Assembly: GCA_049512075.1 (NCBI GenBank)
Contig: JBEKXL010000006.1
Span: forward strand, 32,001-96,000
Reading direction: 5' to 3'
Source: Candidatus Bathyarchaeia archaeon
GTDB taxonomy: Archaea > Thermoproteota > Bathyarchaeia > Bathyarchaeales > Bathycorpusculaceae
Length of the DNA: 64,000 nt
Of this stretch, positions 47,585 through 57,699 are shown in pieces; the stretch's first letter is position 1, and each line of letters opens with the position of its first letter. The notes under the pieces are model-generated. The model was not told the origin of the DNA. It made no database searches and worked only from the letters and a program-made list of their open reading frames with translations. The position numbers and the translations under genes are program-made.

Positions 47585-49621
47585 TTACGTCTTTTTCAGG
47601 TAGCCTTCTCTGGGCTCGTAAATCGTTCCTTCGCGCAGCAGTTGTCCTATGAGACGATCTGACTCTCCTCTTGGAATCTTGTATTTCGTTTCAAGTTCGT
47701 TGAACAGTGCCGCTCTTTCGACCATTCCCGTTTCTTTCTCCATTTCCATCAGCGCCGAGAGAATTATTTGCAGCCGGTCTCTCATGCTTTTGGGTTTTCC
47801 TGTCATGATTATGTCTATGTCTATTTTGTACGAGGATAGGTCTATGCCGACTTCTTCGAGTGATCTTTTCATGATTGCCACTGCAGCTTCTGCATCTTCG
47901 GCTGTTACTTCTTTTCTGAGAGCCACGCGGGCTCTTGCTTCGGCTGTGCGTACAAGGGACTCCAGCTGCCGTGCCGTGATCGCTACGGGTGAACCTTCTG
48001 CTTCGCTGGCTGAACGCATCGCCAAGTAGAAATCGCCGAGACGTTTAAGAGCTTCTTGGCCTAGAACAGGCTTTACTCCCTTGGCGTAGCCGATGTATTT
48101 CCGCAGGAGTTCCACCGGTATCGGGGGTTCAACAGGGCTAGAACCTTTTCTGTGTATCTCGAGGATGTGTTCCGACATTTTGGTGTCTGATTCCTTGTTC
48201 GGCACGTCCCTCAACACAAAGATCAAGTCAAACCTTGAGAGTATTGTGACTGGCAGAGAGATGTTTTCAGCAACGGTGCGATGCGGTTCGTATCTTCCCA
48301 ATGCGGGATTTGCAGCCGCAAGTATGGCCGCTCTGGCGTTGAGTGTTGCAACAATGCCGCCCTTTGCAACTGAAACAGTGTGCTGTTCCATGGCTTCATG
48401 AATTGCCACTCTGTCTTCTGGGCGCATCTTATCCATTTCGTCTATGCAGCAAATTCCCTTGTCAGCCAGCACTAAGGCTCCGGCTTCAAGGCTCATTCCG
48501 CCCCCCTTTTCTCGGATTACTGCAGCCGTCAGGCCCGCGGCTGTGGTGCCCCTTCCAGACGTGTATAGGCCGCGTGGTGCGATTCGCGCTACGTACTGCA
48601 ATAATTGAGATTTTGCGGTTCCGGGGTCCCCGACTATAAGTGCGTTTAGCTCCCCCCTTATCGTGATGTCTGGGAGCGTCTTTGGCACACCTCCGAACAG
48701 GAGGTACATTATTGCCTCTTTGATGTGATCATAGCCATAGATTGACGGGGCAATCGAGCTTACGATTTTGCGATGCACCCAAGGATCCTTTGCCAGTTCG
48801 AGGATTTTTTCTTCTTCCTCCGGTGATGGCTGTGCTGTTTCTGGTTCTTTGCCCATAACCTCGATCGAGTTGGCATCCAAGTGAAGAATGAAGGTTCGAA
48901 GCTTTCCAACACCTGGCAGTGTTGGCGCTAAAGCGTGTACTTCTCCAACTGCGGAAACGTCGTCGCCAGGTCTTGCGATGTCAACGATTTCGCTTCCCAC
49001 CAGTTTGATGCTCAGCGTTCTAGGCAGTTGTCCCGGTGGCAAGTCTTCTGGTCTTTCTTGAACTCGTAAATCTTGAGAGTCTATGAAGGTCGATTCCTCT
49101 TGGACGAATTCAAATGGGCCTTTTGATCCGCAATCTGGGCTGCTGCATGCGAAAGGTGCTTTCAGGTACTGGCCTGTCTGGTTCACGGGGTTCAATGTTC
49201 CACATCTTTTGCATTTGAATGCCGCTTGCATGACCATGGGGCGGACTGGTGATGAACGAACTACGATTCCTTCAACCATTACAAGTCTGCCAATCTGCCG
49301 TGAACCGAGTTTGCGCAGCACCTCCGCCTCTAACAGCCGTACAATCCGGGCATTCACAGTTGCAGCTTTTTCGGCGTATTCTGGATCTTCTATTTGCAGT
49401 TGCGCATAAGCGGCGTTGTTGGCGTGCTTTAGATATTCTTCAGGTTTTTCCAGAAGCTCCTCCGCAAGCCTTTGATCAAAGGCCAGAAGATCTTCAAAGT
49501 CAACCGTCAATGATGTCGTGCCTGCCAATGCCATCTGTGAGATCCTTTGACGGTATCGTTCGGTCTTTAGGAAATCCTGGAATCGTTCTTGTGGGTCTAC
49601 TGCCTCCAGTTCTTCAGTCAT
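47585..49621 (-). CDS. mcm: Replicative helicase MCM
   Basis: Zinc finger CKRC..CSSPDC, GDPGTAKSQ, IDEMDKM, AAANP, SRFD, ITARQLES; no intein; start moved to ATG 49621. Confidence 0.98.
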   Translation of the reverse strand: MTEELEAVDPQERFQDFLKTERYRQRISQMALAGTTSLTVDFEDLLAFDQRLAEELLEKPEEYLKHANNAAYAQLQIEDPEYAEKAATVNARIVRLLEAEVLRKLGSRQIGRLVMVEGIVVRSSPVRPMVMQAAFKCKRCGTLNPVNQTGQYLKAPFACSSPDCGSKGPFEFVQEESTFIDSQDLRVQERPEDLPPGQLPRTLSIKLVGSEIVDIARPGDDVSAVGEVHALAPTLPGVGKLRTFILHLDANSIEVMGKEPETAQPSPEEEEKILELAKDPWVHRKIVSSIAPSIYGYDHIKEAIMYLLFGGVPKTLPDITIRGELNALIVGDPGTAKSQLLQYVARIAPRGLYTSGRGTTAAGLTAAVIREKGGGMSLEAGALVLADKGICCIDEMDKMRPEDRVAIHEAMEQHTVSVAKGGIVATLNARAAILAAANPALGRYEPHRTVAENISLPVTILSRFDLIFVLRDVPNKESDTKMSEHILEIHRKGSSPVEPPIPVELLRKYIGYAKGVKPVLGQEALKRLGDFYLAMRSASEAEGSPVAITARQLESLVRTAEARARVALRKEVTAEDAEAAVAIMKRSLEEVGIDLSSYKIDIDIIMTGKPKSMRDRLQIILSALMEMEKETGMVERAALFNELETKYKIPRGESDRLIGQLLREGTIYEPREGYLKKT

Positions 49622-50220
49622 CTGCGTCCCTCTTGCTGTTCGATTATTTGGGTCTTCCACTGACAGATAAGCTTGAACAGCTTCTCATAGAGAAACTTTT
49701 CCTCGTCTGCAAGATTTCTCAACGCATTTTCTGTTTGAGCGGGGGCAGAGGCGATTGAGATGATTTTCTTCAGTCTTGAATTTATGATATCCTGAGCCAA
49801 TTGTCTGACTCTTTCGTATTCGCGCACTTTTTCAGGATCTCGCACAATTTCTTGTTTCAATTTCGTAAGGTATCTTCGAACCTTCGGGTAGAAATTCTCA
49901 GGCAGTCTAGATATTTGGCCAGGGCTTTGTATGCGCTCAGTCCATTGAATCTTGTTAAGCTTGGCAGCATCAACTTGCTCTTCTTCATGAATATGGGCGA
50001 TTCCGGACTTTTCAAGCTCTAAAGCTGCCCAATAATAAACTTCATATTCGTTTCCTTCCTCAAGAGGGCCCACGCATAGGCCTCCGAGTTTGATTTCAGG
50101 GCAAGCTCTGTTTGCAATTATCCTAACTGACGAGTTCTCAAAGCAGAAATCTTGAAATTCGATCTTTGACGCGACAGTCCGTGGCAAATTCTTCTCCTTC
50201 CCAACCCTCGATACCAACAC
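49618..50220 (-). CDS. GINS subunit Gins23
   Basis: B-domain-first layout (YEVYYWAALEL), LPENFY, SRLKKI, NLADEE; stop overlaps the mcm start. Confidence 0.85.
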   Translation of the reverse strand: MLVSRVGKEKNLPRTVASKIEFQDFCFENSSVRIIANRACPEIKLGGLCVGPLEEGNEYEVYYWAALELEKSGIAHIHEEEQVDAAKLNKIQWTERIQSPGQISRLPENFYPKVRRYLTKLKQEIVRDPEKVREYERVRQLAQDIINSRLKKIISIASAPAQTENALRNLADEEKFLYEKLFKLICQWKTQIIEQQEGRR

Positions 50221-50345
50221 TCAGTGCAGGACAAGATGTGAAGACTGCTGCTTAAAAGTTTAGATTAGAGACTCTGACACGATCAAGATCCTGGGATTCC
50301 TTTCTTGGAATAGAAAATGGAAGAGAATCTTTTATCCTCATGTTG

Positions 50346-51596
50346 TCATGGCCATAGGCCCAGAGTCTTTATTGCTTCGGCAACTCTTCCCACACCGAGC
50401 ATCAGAGCGGCAGTGCGCAAATCGCTTTCTTCTTTCTTGGCTGTTCTGTGGACATCGTTGAATGCTTTGACCATCTTGTTCTCCAGTTTCCTGTTCACAT
50501 CTTCCAGCGACCAGTGCTCGCGTGTCAGATTTTGAACCCACTCAAAATAGCTTGTTGCGACTCCTCCCGAGTTTGCCAGTATGTCTGGAATCAGGACTGT
50601 TCCTTTTTCGTGAAGCGCCCTGTCGGCTTCGGGCGTCGTTGGCCCGTTTGCTCCCTCAGCTACTATCTTTGCCTCTATTTTGTCCACGTTTGTTCTAGTT
50701 ATCTGGTTTTCCAATGCTGCGGGTATGAGGATATCACATTTTGTCTCAAGTATCTCTTTGTTCGTGACGTTTTCGGTTCCTTTGAAGTCAAGGACAGAGC
50801 CAGTTTTAGACTTGTGCTCAAAGACTTCGTAGGGGTTCAAACCTTTGGAGGTGCAGATTCCTCCCGTTGAATCGCTCACTGCCAAGATCTTGCAGCCCAA
50901 GTCGTATGCTATTTTGGCAGCGTTCCAGCCCACGTTACCGAAGCCTTGAACGGCGGCTGTTGCTCCTTTTAGCTTCAGTCCCATTTGTTTCGCAGCCTCT
51001 CTTGCGCAAACGACGACGCCCAGTGAGGTTGCTTCCGATCTTCCTTCTGAGCCGCCTATGCTGAGGGGTTTTCCGGTAACGCACTCTGGGACGCTGTAGC
51101 CTCTTATCTGGCTGTAAGTGTCCATTATCCACGCCATGGTTTGCGAGTCTGTGTAGACGTCAGGAGCCGGCACATCGCGGTATGGACCGATGAAATCGTA
51201 GAGCAAGCTTGTGAAGCGTCTTGTCATTCTTTCCAGCTCGCCCTTTGACATTTTCTTCGGGTTGCAGCAGACTCCCCCTTTCGCTCCTCCATAGGGGATG
51301 TCTACGACGGCGCACTTCCATGTCATCCACATTGACAGCGCCGTCACCTCTTCCAAAGTGACATTCGGGTGGTATCTTATGCCGCCTTTGAATGGTCCTC
51401 TTGCATCCCAATGTTGCACGCGGCAACCACTGAAGACACGTATGTTCCCATCGTCCATTTTCACGGAAATGGAAACGATAAGTGACCGTTTTGGATTTGC
51501 TAACATTGCGCGTAATCCTGAGTCAAGTTTCAGTTTGTCCGCCGCTATTTTCAGCTGCTCTAGGGCGACAGCCAGTGCTGTTTGTGTTACTGCCAT
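50346..51596 (-). CDS. gdhA: Glutamate dehydrogenase
   Basis: GPFKGGIRYHP, MTWKCA, YGGAKGG, DVPAPDV, QGFGNVG, EGANGPT, NSGGV..SYFEW. Confidence 0.96.
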   Translation of the reverse strand: MAVTQTALAVALEQLKIAADKLKLDSGLRAMLANPKRSLIVSISVKMDDGNIRVFSGCRVQHWDARGPFKGGIRYHPNVTLEEVTALSMWMTWKCAVVDIPYGGAKGGVCCNPKKMSKGELERMTRRFTSLLYDFIGPYRDVPAPDVYTDSQTMAWIMDTYSQIRGYSVPECVTGKPLSIGGSEGRSEATSLGVVVCAREAAKQMGLKLKGATAAVQGFGNVGWNAAKIAYDLGCKILAVSDSTGGICTSKGLNPYEVFEHKSKTGSVLDFKGTENVTNKEILETKCDILIPAALENQITRTNVDKIEAKIVAEGANGPTTPEADRALHEKGTVLIPDILANSGGVATSYFEWVQNLTREHWSLEDVNRKLENKMVKAFNDVHRTAKKEESDLRTAALMLGVGRVAEAIKTLGLWP

Positions 51597-51634
51597 GGAT
51601 AATTCCTCCAGTTTCTATGGCTAGAGGACTTAAC

Positions 51635-51655
51635 GCATTTAAACGTTGCTTAGAA
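51635..51655 (-). promoter_or_regulatory. gdhA promoter element, shared with the upstream gene
   Basis: Minus strand TTCTAAGCAACGTTTAAATGC, containing the TATA box TTTAAAT. Confidence 0.65.
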
Positions 51656-51678
51656 AACTAAAAAAAAAGAGAGGTGTG

Positions 51679-53286
51679 TTATTCGAGGATTCTCTCGATT
51701 GCGTCTTTTTCTACGTCGTCGGCCATTGGTATGCCTGTGACTTTGGTGGCTCTTTCGGATAGGCTCATCAAGTCGTTTCTGTTAGCGAGTTCCAGTTTCC
51801 ATTTTCTGTTGCCGGCCAAGAGTTGTTTCAGTCCTACGCCTACTCGGTCGTTTAGATATGTATACATCCCTATGGCTTCCCAGGGTATTTCTTTGAAGCG
51901 TGTGCCGTATTTTGCCTTCAGTTCGGGAGTGGCGATGAAGAACTTTTCGGGTGTGGCGCCGAACTTGTCAGAGAAGGCTTTTGGCAGTTTGCCTTCGTCA
52001 GACAGTTGCTTGAAGTAGCTGGACTTCATGACGGCAGTTATTGGTGAACGTCCAAGCAGAACAGCTTTTATGAAGGGGCCGTTTCCGAAGTTGCTCATTG
52101 CTAAAGCCTTGAACATCGATGTTTCTTCTATGAATCCACCGGCCATTATCAGGTCCGGAACGTAGCGTCCTTTCTTTTTCAGTATCTGTGCGCATCTGAG
52201 GACTATGGATTCGAGATAGACAGTTGGGATGCTCATTTCGTCCATCATTGGTACCGGGCTCATGCCTGTTCCGCCCGCGGCGCCGTCGAAGGAAACATAA
52301 TCGATTTTGGCTTCCGAGGCCATTTTCATTGTCCAAGCGACGGCTGATGGTCTGTATGCTCCTGTTTTTAGTGTTACGTGTTTTGCTCCTTGCTTTCTCA
52401 GCCATTCTATGTCTTCTATGAAGCTCTTCTCTTTGGGTATGCCCACCCTACTGTGTCTCTCGAAGGATCTGAACACGCCTTCCTTGAATGCCTTTTGAAC
52501 ATTGGGATCTTCAGGGTCTGGGATGACTACGTAGCCTCTCTTTTTCAGCAGAATGGCTTTTTCCAGGTCTCTTACGCGCACTTCGCCTCCGATGGCCTTT
52601 GCGCCTTGTCCCCATTTTCTTTCGATGACGTTGACTTCGAGTTTGGAAATGGCGTAGACATCGACGCCCAGCTTCTGGTCTTCAACGTTCGTCTGTATGA
52701 CTATATCTCCGTTCTTTCCGTCCCAGAACTTTCGGAACAAGTCTACTCTTCGCTTCAGTTCTTTCGACTGTGTAATCTTGCCGCCAGTGATCTGTGCTTC
52801 TGCGTCCATGCCGCCAACGTTTTCCCCTACTATCACAGATGTGCCTGCGAGAGCTGCACCTATGGCTAGGCCTTCCCAGTTCAGTCTTGCAACGTCCGTT
52901 GAGCCGAACGCGCCGTTTAGAATCGGAAGTTTTAGCGGTATGCCTCCGACTTTAGTTTCTATTTTGACGTTTGGAAATATCATAACGTCGGAGATGGGTT
53001 CAGTGCCTTCTGCTTCGAAAAGACCTGCTTGTATGTTGAAGTGCGACCAGTCTAATCCGAAGTCTTTCAGAGCGCCTGCGGTGCTGGTGCCGAACTGAGC
53101 TGGTTCAGGGTAAAGTGCCTCTCTTCCTCTGAAAGCTGATAGGCTTATCTCGCACAGGAATGGGCAGTCACGGATGCATATGGGGCACATTCCGCTTGTC
53201 GGGCTTGTATCCTTGACACGTGTTTGGCTTCCGGTCGTTGATTTGCCGTTCAGGTAAGCGCTGTTTTTATGTGTACGTTCTGACAT
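51679..53286 (-). CDS. Stand-alone FMN-binding glutamate synthase family protein
   Basis: GENVGG, ERKWGQGAKAIGGE, LKTGAY, FDGAAGGTGMSP, MAGG, GRSP; N-terminal CPICIRDCPFLCE cluster; no glutaminase domain. Confidence 0.88.
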   Translation of the reverse strand: MSERTHKNSAYLNGKSTTGSQTRVKDTSPTSGMCPICIRDCPFLCEISLSAFRGREALYPEPAQFGTSTAGALKDFGLDWSHFNIQAGLFEAEGTEPISDVMIFPNVKIETKVGGIPLKLPILNGAFGSTDVARLNWEGLAIGAALAGTSVIVGENVGGMDAEAQITGGKITQSKELKRRVDLFRKFWDGKNGDIVIQTNVEDQKLGVDVYAISKLEVNVIERKWGQGAKAIGGEVRVRDLEKAILLKKRGYVVIPDPEDPNVQKAFKEGVFRSFERHSRVGIPKEKSFIEDIEWLRKQGAKHVTLKTGAYRPSAVAWTMKMASEAKIDYVSFDGAAGGTGMSPVPMMDEMSIPTVYLESIVLRCAQILKKKGRYVPDLIMAGGFIEETSMFKALAMSNFGNGPFIKAVLLGRSPITAVMKSSYFKQLSDEGKLPKAFSDKFGATPEKFFIATPELKAKYGTRFKEIPWEAIGMYTYLNDRVGVGLKQLLAGNRKWKLELANRNDLMSLSERATKVTGIPMADDVEKDAIERILE

Positions 53287-53343
53287 TTTTCTCTCTCCTT
53301 TACATTTGTAAACTTTTTGGAACTAGGATGTTTGACTCAATCA

Positions 53344-53365
53344 GCATTTAAACGTTGCCTTAGAA
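53344..53365 (-). promoter_or_regulatory. Promoter element of the glutamate-synthase-family gene
   Basis: Minus strand TTCTAAGGCAACGTTTAAATGC; identical to the gdhA element apart from one extra base. Confidence 0.65.
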
Positions 53366-53637
53366 GGGCGTAGAAATGAACATTTATGAACATGGACCCA
53401 CGGTGAGTGTATGTGTGAAACTCTGAACGTCTATCCCCCAGCTAAGCATCTGTCGTGCTTGAAAGTCTGCGATTCTCACGGTCTAACCTGATTCAAGTGC
53501 TGCTCTTCTAAGCAAGCAATCGACCGCTGTGTGGATTGCTCAGCGGATGGTCGGGGTCCGGAGGCACATTTTCTTCGATGCAAGTATAACTTTTATTAGT
53601 GCATGGAAATAACGTATAGACAGGAGGCTTATGTGGG

Positions 53638-54609
53638 TTGAGTTTCGAGATGTGGGCTGAAAAGTACAGGCCGAAGAAGCTGAGCGACATCGTTGACCAG
53701 AAAGACATTGTTGAGCGGTTGAAGAGTTTCACGAAATCGAGAAACGTGCCGCACTGCATTTTTGCGGGGCCGCCGGGCACTGGGAAGACCACTGCGGCTC
53801 TTTGTTTGGCAAGAGACCTTTACGGCGATGCTTATAGAGAGCACATGATGGAGTTGAATGCGAGCGACGAGAGAGGAATTGACGTCGTTAGGGAGACCGT
53901 GAAGACTTTTGCGAGGGTGAAATCGATTGGTGAAATTCCGTTTAAAATAATGATTCTGGATGAGGCGGACAACATGACCTCTGATGCTCAGCAGGCTCTT
54001 AGGCGGACGATGGAGCGTTACACGGAGACTTGCCGTTTCATTATGTGCGCTAACTATAGTGGGAGAATAATTGAGCCTATTCAATCTAGGTGTGCTCCTT
54101 TCCGTTTTACCTACTTGCCGAGAGAAGCTCACGATTCTTACTTGATAGAGATGGCTGAAAAAGAAAAGGTGAAGCTGTCAAGTGAGGGTTTGGACGCTAT
54201 TTTTGAGATTTGTGGTGGAGACCTGAGACGGGCCATTAACACTCTGCAATCCGCGGCTTCGTTGGGCAAACCTGTCGATGCAAAGGTAATCTATTCGATC
54301 ACCGGAAAAGCTAGCCCTGCAGACGTGCAAAAGATGATTAAAGTGGCTATGGGGGGTGACTTCATGGAAGCAAGAAAACAGTTGCGTGACATGATCCAGA
54401 AGTACGGTGTGGCTGGGAGCGACGTGATACGTCAGATTCACACAGAACTCTTCAAAGCTGAGCTTCCTGAGCAGTGGAAGATAAAACTGGCTGACATTGT
54501 GGGCGAGGCGGATTTCAGGCTTGTTGAAGGAGCTGATGAAGAGATTCAGTTAAGCGCGTTGCTGGCTAGGCTCGTTGAAGCTGGCTGCGATTTGAGAAGC
54601 GCAAGATAG
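53638..54609 (+). CDS. rfcS: Replication factor C small subunit
   Basis: WAEKYRP, GPPGTGKTT, ELNASDERG, LDEAD, SRC. Confidence 0.97.
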   Translation: MSFEMWAEKYRPKKLSDIVDQKDIVERLKSFTKSRNVPHCIFAGPPGTGKTTAALCLARDLYGDAYREHMMELNASDERGIDVVRETVKTFARVKSIGEIPFKIMILDEADNMTSDAQQALRRTMERYTETCRFIMCANYSGRIIEPIQSRCAPFRFTYLPREAHDSYLIEMAEKEKVKLSSEGLDAIFEICGGDLRRAINTLQSAASLGKPVDAKVIYSITGKASPADVQKMIKVAMGGDFMEARKQLRDMIQKYGVAGSDVIRQIHTELFKAELPEQWKIKLADIVGEADFRLVEGADEEIQLSALLARLVEAGCDLRSAR

Positions 54610-54619
54610 GTGCAGATTC

Positions 54620-55879
54620 TTGCACTTTGCTTGGACCGTTAAGCACACACCGAAGTCACTTGCTGACATCGTTGGGAACGCTGAGGCAATTGAAAAGCTC
54701 AGTGAATGGACAAAATCTTGGGAAAAAGGAATTCCCAAGAAGAGGGCCGCCTTTCTCTATGGGCCGCCGGGCGTTGGGAAAACGGTTACTGCGGAAGCTC
54801 TGGCTCATGATTATGGCATGGAGTTCGTAGAGAATAACGCGAGCGACTATCGAACTGAGGAGGCGATAAATCGGTTTGCAGGGCTGGCCTCGCAATACGG
54901 TTCGCTGTTCGGTGGAAAAAGGATAATTCTTCTTGATGAATTGGACGGGTTAACCGGGACTTCAGACAGAGGCGGGGTGAAGGCAATCACTGAGGTGGTC
55001 AAAGCTGCACAGTGCCCAATAGTCTTGATTGCTAACAGCGCATATGACCCTCGCTTCTCCAACCTCCGCAGCTACTGCCTCTTGATAGAGTTTAAGAAAC
55101 CGCCTGCAGGCGAAGTTGCGAAGCGTTTGAAGTTGATAAGTGAAGACGAGGGGATTCAAGCAGACGAGGCTTCGTTGAAGTTTATTGCCCAACGCTCAGG
55201 AGGGGATGTGCGTTCTGCAGTGAACGATCTTCAGGCGCTGGGCCAGGGTAAGAAAACGTTGACGTACGAGGACGTGTCTTGGCAGGGTTACCGAGATAGG
55301 CAAGACAGCATCTTCAACGTTCTAAGAATGATACTCTACGGAAAGACCTGCGCCAGCGCAAAGCAGGCTGCCAACATGGTGGACGTTGACACTGACATGC
55401 TTTTCGAGTGGATCTACGAGAATGTTCCAGCGCACTTGACGGACCCGCATGATCTGGCCGACGCGATGGATGCACTGTCTGTTGCAGATGTTTATCGCGG
55501 CAGAATCCGCGCGACGCAGGAGTGGGGTTTTTTGCGTTACGTGATAGACTACATGACGGCTGGTGTAGCCCTAGCTAGAAAGAACACCAGAACCTCAGGG
55601 TGGATCCAGTTCAAGTTCCCTGAACGAATACAGATGTTGTCTAGGTCCAGAGCCGAACGTGCCATGAAATTAAGCATAGGCGCCAAGATCAAGAAGAAGA
55701 ACCACATTTCAGCTAGAAGAGCCTCGAGGGAAGTCATTCCGTACCTGAAGATAATGTTCGACAATAATGCTGAGATGGCAGCTGGACTGGCAAAGTGGCT
55801 GGACTTGAACCAGGAAATGGTTGAGTATCTCGTCGAGAGCGAGGAAAAAGCTGAAGCGATCATCAAACTTATGGGTTAA
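54620..55879 (+). CDS. rfcL: Replication factor C large subunit
   Basis: GPPGVGKT, NASDYR, LDELDG, GDVRSAVNDLQ, WIYEN. Confidence 0.95.
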   Translation: MHFAWTVKHTPKSLADIVGNAEAIEKLSEWTKSWEKGIPKKRAAFLYGPPGVGKTVTAEALAHDYGMEFVENNASDYRTEEAINRFAGLASQYGSLFGGKRIILLDELDGLTGTSDRGGVKAITEVVKAAQCPIVLIANSAYDPRFSNLRSYCLLIEFKKPPAGEVAKRLKLISEDEGIQADEASLKFIAQRSGGDVRSAVNDLQALGQGKKTLTYEDVSWQGYRDRQDSIFNVLRMILYGKTCASAKQAANMVDVDTDMLFEWIYENVPAHLTDPHDLADAMDALSVADVYRGRIRATQEWGFLRYVIDYMTAGVALARKNTRTSGWIQFKFPERIQMLSRSRAERAMKLSIGAKIKKKNHISARRASREVIPYLKIMFDNNAEMAAGLAKWLDLNQEMVEYLVESEEKAEAIIKLMG

Positions 55880-55893
55880 CGACTGGTTGCCTG

Positions 55894-56220
55894 CTAGTGT
55901 ATTCTGCTTCCCGGTGCGATGTCCTTTTCTGGCTGCAAGACCACGACGTTGCCCTTTTCGTCCTCGGCGGCGAAGATCATGCACTGGGATTCGACGCCCA
56001 TCATTTTGCGTCTCTGAAGGTTGAGAATGAAGACGCATTTTTTGCCCACGAGATCCTCGGGTTTGTACCACTGCAAGAGTCCGGCAACGGCTTGTCTCTT
56101 TTCAGTTCCAAAATCAACTATCATTCTTATGAGGTTTCGTGACCCTGGGATTTGGTTAGCTTCCACTATTTTTCCAACACGAAGATCGAGTTTTTGAAAT
56201 TCATCAAAGGAGATTTCCAA
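55894..56220 (-). CDS. tRNA-binding OB-fold protein (Trbp111/CsaA/MetRS C-terminal-like)
   Basis: ISFDEFQKLDLRVGKI...NLQRRKMMGVESQCMIFAA...PGSRI. Confidence 0.92.
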   Translation of the reverse strand: MEISFDEFQKLDLRVGKIVEANQIPGSRNLIRMIVDFGTEKRQAVAGLLQWYKPEDLVGKKCVFILNLQRRKMMGVESQCMIFAAEDEKGNVVVLQPEKDIAPGSRIH

Positions 56221-56261
56221 TCTTAAGTCACTGTTTCTCAGTTTTCACGCGGGCTGAGCTA

Positions 56262-56984
56262 TTAAGTTTTGTGCGTTTTTCTTCTGCGACTTATTTTTTC
56301 GATGGTTTTTGCAACGCCTTCCCAGTCTTCGACGGACTTCGAACGGACTATTTCGAATGCTTCCTTCGAGTTCATCCTGGAAAGTTCTTGACCGACAGCT
56401 CTTCTTGAAAGGTATGCTGCTGCGTTCAAGATTTCGCTGTTCAAACGTGAATCTGTCGAGTCTGCCAGGTGGCAGATCAGGGCCTCAATGGTCTTCGGTC
56501 TTATCGGGCTCGCCTCGCCGTGGTGCGCTGACACTATGTGAACCAGTTCTAGCGGAAAGTCCCTGCGAACGAGTTCCGAAGTTGCGAGTGATAGGTGGTC
56601 CAAGTAGTCGGCTAAGCGTGCTGAGCTGTAGCTTCCGTTCTTGTTGATAGTGTATGTTGCTGGTTTGAATATGTCGTGCAACAGTACGCCGGATATGACA
56701 AGGTCGCGGTTTACACTGCCGTGGTATGTCTTCTCCACGGAGTCGCACATTGCCAGTGCGAGGTTTGTTGTTGAAGCGACGTGTTCAATGTATCCGCCCG
56801 AGTAGCTGTGGTGACGTGATATACCGGCGGGCGATGTTTCAAGAGGCAAGCCTGAGTATGTTTTGCCGTTGATTTCGATAGTGGGGTTTTTCAACAGTTC
56901 AATGACCTTCTGGCGAAGGGGTTCGTTGCGAATCTTTTTTGCTATCGCACTGAGTTTTGGGTCTAGCAATTCATTCACTATCAC
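56262..56984 (-). CDS. HD-domain phosphohydrolase, YhaM/Cbf1-like, lacking the N-terminal OB fold
   Basis: SPAG..HHSYSGGYIEH, LLHDIFK, HIVSAHHG, PKTIEA..CHLADSTDS. Confidence 0.85.
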   Translation of the reverse strand: MIVNELLDPKLSAIAKKIRNEPLRQKVIELLKNPTIEINGKTYSGLPLETSPAGISRHHSYSGGYIEHVASTTNLALAMCDSVEKTYHGSVNRDLVISGVLLHDIFKPATYTINKNGSYSSARLADYLDHLSLATSELVRRDFPLELVHIVSAHHGEASPIRPKTIEALICHLADSTDSRLNSEILNAAAYLSRRAVGQELSRMNSKEAFEIVRSKSVEDWEGVAKTIEKISRRRKTHKT

Positions 56985-57699
56985 GGTTCTTATTTGTTGA
57001 GAGGATATTGATTTTTCGTTTCTCGCCTGTTGCTATGCTGTGGGCCATGAGAACAGGTTCTGGCATTCGGTTAGTTGTGGCACAGTGCTTGACTATTTTG
57101 ATGGCGGTTTCTAGCGAAATCATGTGTCCAACGCTGACATAGACGGGTTTGCATCCGCTCTTGGTGGTGACAGCCGCGCCGATGGTCCTTTGGTCATACT
57201 CGATGAGGTTCGCATCGGCTTTGGATTTGGCAGTTTTGACTTCGCCGATCAATTTGCTTTTTGCAACACCGATTACCGGTTTTCTCAGAATGAGTCCCAG
57301 ATGGCTTGCAAATCCGCAGTGATAAGGGTGCGCAAATCCGTGGGCGTCGACTAGGAATAGGTCCGGTTGGGTGTGCAGTTTTCGAGTGCACAGGACCGCG
57401 GGTTCTGTTTCTCTGAAGGAAAGTAGGGTTGGAATGTAGGGAAAACGAGTCTTGCAGAAGGCTGTTTGCTTTTCCACGAGCTTGAAGGAGTCATAGTCAA
57501 GAACTGCTACGGCTCCTATAGACACGTCATCAGTATACGCGATGTCTACACCCGCCACTAAGCAGATTCTCTTGGGTAATCTGTCCTCGAAAGTAATCTT
57601 CTCTGACATGCGTAGCTGAGCTTCATGGGCTTTCTTGACAGAAAAGCGATGTTTGAAGTTATTCTCACCAGTGCTTCTTCGGCGCTGCATTGAGTTCAT
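56971..57699 (-). CDS. nfi: Endonuclease V
   Basis: AGVD, PYIP wedge, SFRE, LVDAHG..HP, IGVAK, PVYVSVGH, RMPEP..AH. Confidence 0.95.
   Translation of the reverse strand: MNSMQRRRSTGENNFKHRFSVKKAHEAQLRMSEKITFEDRLPKRICLVAGVDIAYTDDVSIGAVAVLDYDSFKLVEKQTAFCKTRFPYIPTLLSFRETEPAVLCTRKLHTQPDLFLVDAHGFAHPYHCGFASHLGLILRKPVIGVAKSKLIGEVKTAKSKADANLIEYDQRTIGAAVTTKSGCKPVYVSVGHMISLETAIKIVKHCATTNRMPEPVLMAHSIATGEKRKINILSTNKNRDSE

Noticed and set aside
53520-53556. Hairpin CCGCTG/CAGCGG in the GltB-like/rfcS divergent gap
   Set aside because: Short single stem without promoter or terminator context; not distinguishable from chance.
47585-54609. Inteins in MCM or RFC-S (common insertion hosts)
   Set aside because: Both proteins are normal length with uninterrupted Walker motifs.
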